From Mobula hypostoma (taxonomy: Eukaryota), in assembly GCF_963921235.1 (NCBI RefSeq), contig NC_086107.1, positions 93,560,001-93,624,000 of the forward strand: a stretch of 64,000 nucleotides of DNA. The letters are read 5' to 3'. The notes beneath the pieces are model-generated. The model did not search any database. It had not been told where the DNA came from and worked only from the letters and a program-made list of their open reading frames with translations. The translations under genes were made by a program, and so were the position numbers. Shown here in pieces: positions 62,711 to 64,000 of the stretch (its first letter is position 1; every line of letters begins with the position of its first letter).

Positions 62711-63847
62711 AAACACTACCTCATGGCTCTTGAACTCAAACCTGCAACACACCACACACCTTCTTAACCACCCTATCAACTTGTGCAGCTACTTTGAGGG
62801 AACTATGGACATGGACTCCAAGATCCCTCTGTTCCTCCACACTGCGAAGAACCCTGCCATTAACCCTGTACTCTACCTTCAAGTTCAACCTACCAAAGTG
62901 AATCACTTCTTACTTTTCCAGATTGGACTCATTCTGCTACTTCTCAACACAACTCTGTATCCTATCATGCCCTGTTGTACAACCTTCTACACAATCTGCA
63001 ACTCCACCATCTAAGGTGTTGGCATATTTACCTTCATCTGTCAGGGTATTAAATACAAGAGAAGGGATGCCATTCTACAATTGTAAAGATACTGGTGAAA
63101 CTGAAGTTGAAGGAGAATTATGTTCTGGTCACCCCGCTGTAGGAAGAATATCTTTAAGCTGGAAAATGTGTATAAAATATTGAGACCATAAGACATAGGA
63201 GCAGAATTAGAGCATTTGGCTAATTTATTATCTCTCTCAACACCATTCTTCAGCCTTCTTCCCAAAGCCTTTGATGCCTTTGCAAATCAAGAACCTATCA
63301 ACCTTTGCTTTAAATATACCCAATGCCTTGGCCTCCACAGGCATCTGTGGCAATGAATTCCATATATTCACCTCTCTCTTGCTGCATCTACAGTTTCTGG
63401 CAATAGATTTAGATAAGGAGAGGGGGTAGAAGGCCCAGGAGAGCATAAATGTCACCGGAGCCTTGTGGATCTAAAAATCTCTCCTAGTGCCATATACGTA
63501 CGGTTCAATGTGCAGAAATTAAGAGACTATTTAACAAGGCTGGAAAACCTGCACCTCAAGGTGATGAACCTACAATGAAGGTTTGGGATTGGGGTTCAGT
63601 GATTCACTCAAAGGATTTTAAAACTGGGGATTATCTATCACACCCAGATGATAGTTGCTGCTCAATCAAAGGGTGTGTAAAAGACTGTGGAGAGAGAGAA
63701 TTCACATGCAGTCCAGGGATCACCTTCTAAACAAACAGTGTTTTTCGAACAATCCGACAACAACAGTGAAAGCACTCATCCCACAATAAACAGTCCCCAA
63801 TCCAAAGTTTCCATAATTCTTATATTATTTCTTATCAACCTCACCTG

Positions 63848-63999
63848 ACTATCTCTGCCCCACATGTACTGTCCCCCACTATTCTACCCCACATGGACTG
63901 TGTCCCCACTATCTCAACCCCACATGGACTCTATCCCCACTATCTCTAACCCACATATACTCTATCCCCCACGATCTCTACCCCACAAGGACTGTATCC
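63848..63999. repeat. ~30-bp minisatellite (actatctctaccccacatggactgtatcccc), runs off the window
   Basis: About 5 copies directly visible. Confidence 0.9.
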
Positions 64000-64000
64000 C

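Overview
This is eukaryotic, vertebrate genomic DNA. The repeat landscape (CR1 LINEs with (ATTCTATG/TTTCTATG)n-type tails, V-SINEs, Deu-SINEs, Rex1/Babar LINEs, Penelope-type relics) suggests a cartilaginous fish, probably a ray; this is inference. One host gene is visible: an intronless, CpG-rich 672-aa CDS (38371-40389, +) for the synaptic adhesion protein LRRC4B/NGL-3. It is preceded by a splice acceptor and uORFs and followed by a probable ~4 kb 3'UTR. Almost everything else is nested, decayed transposons (CR1, Rex1, RTE, L2, an L1 fragment, SINEs, Tc1/mariner/Harbinger MITEs). The most notable non-obvious signals are: (1) a dispersed short retro-repeat family carrying minimal type-I hammerhead ribozyme motifs, with TSD-bounded copies; (2) a 270-bp unit with terminal inverted repeats, CCAAT boxes, TATA and a hammerhead; (3) an inverted duplication that looks like a staggered-break inversion scar; (4) the stop-start uORF arrangement and intronless state of LRRC4B; (5) Russian-doll MITEs with internal TIR copies. 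Repeat boundaries were read by eye and are approximate. No database search was possible, so novelty is unverified.
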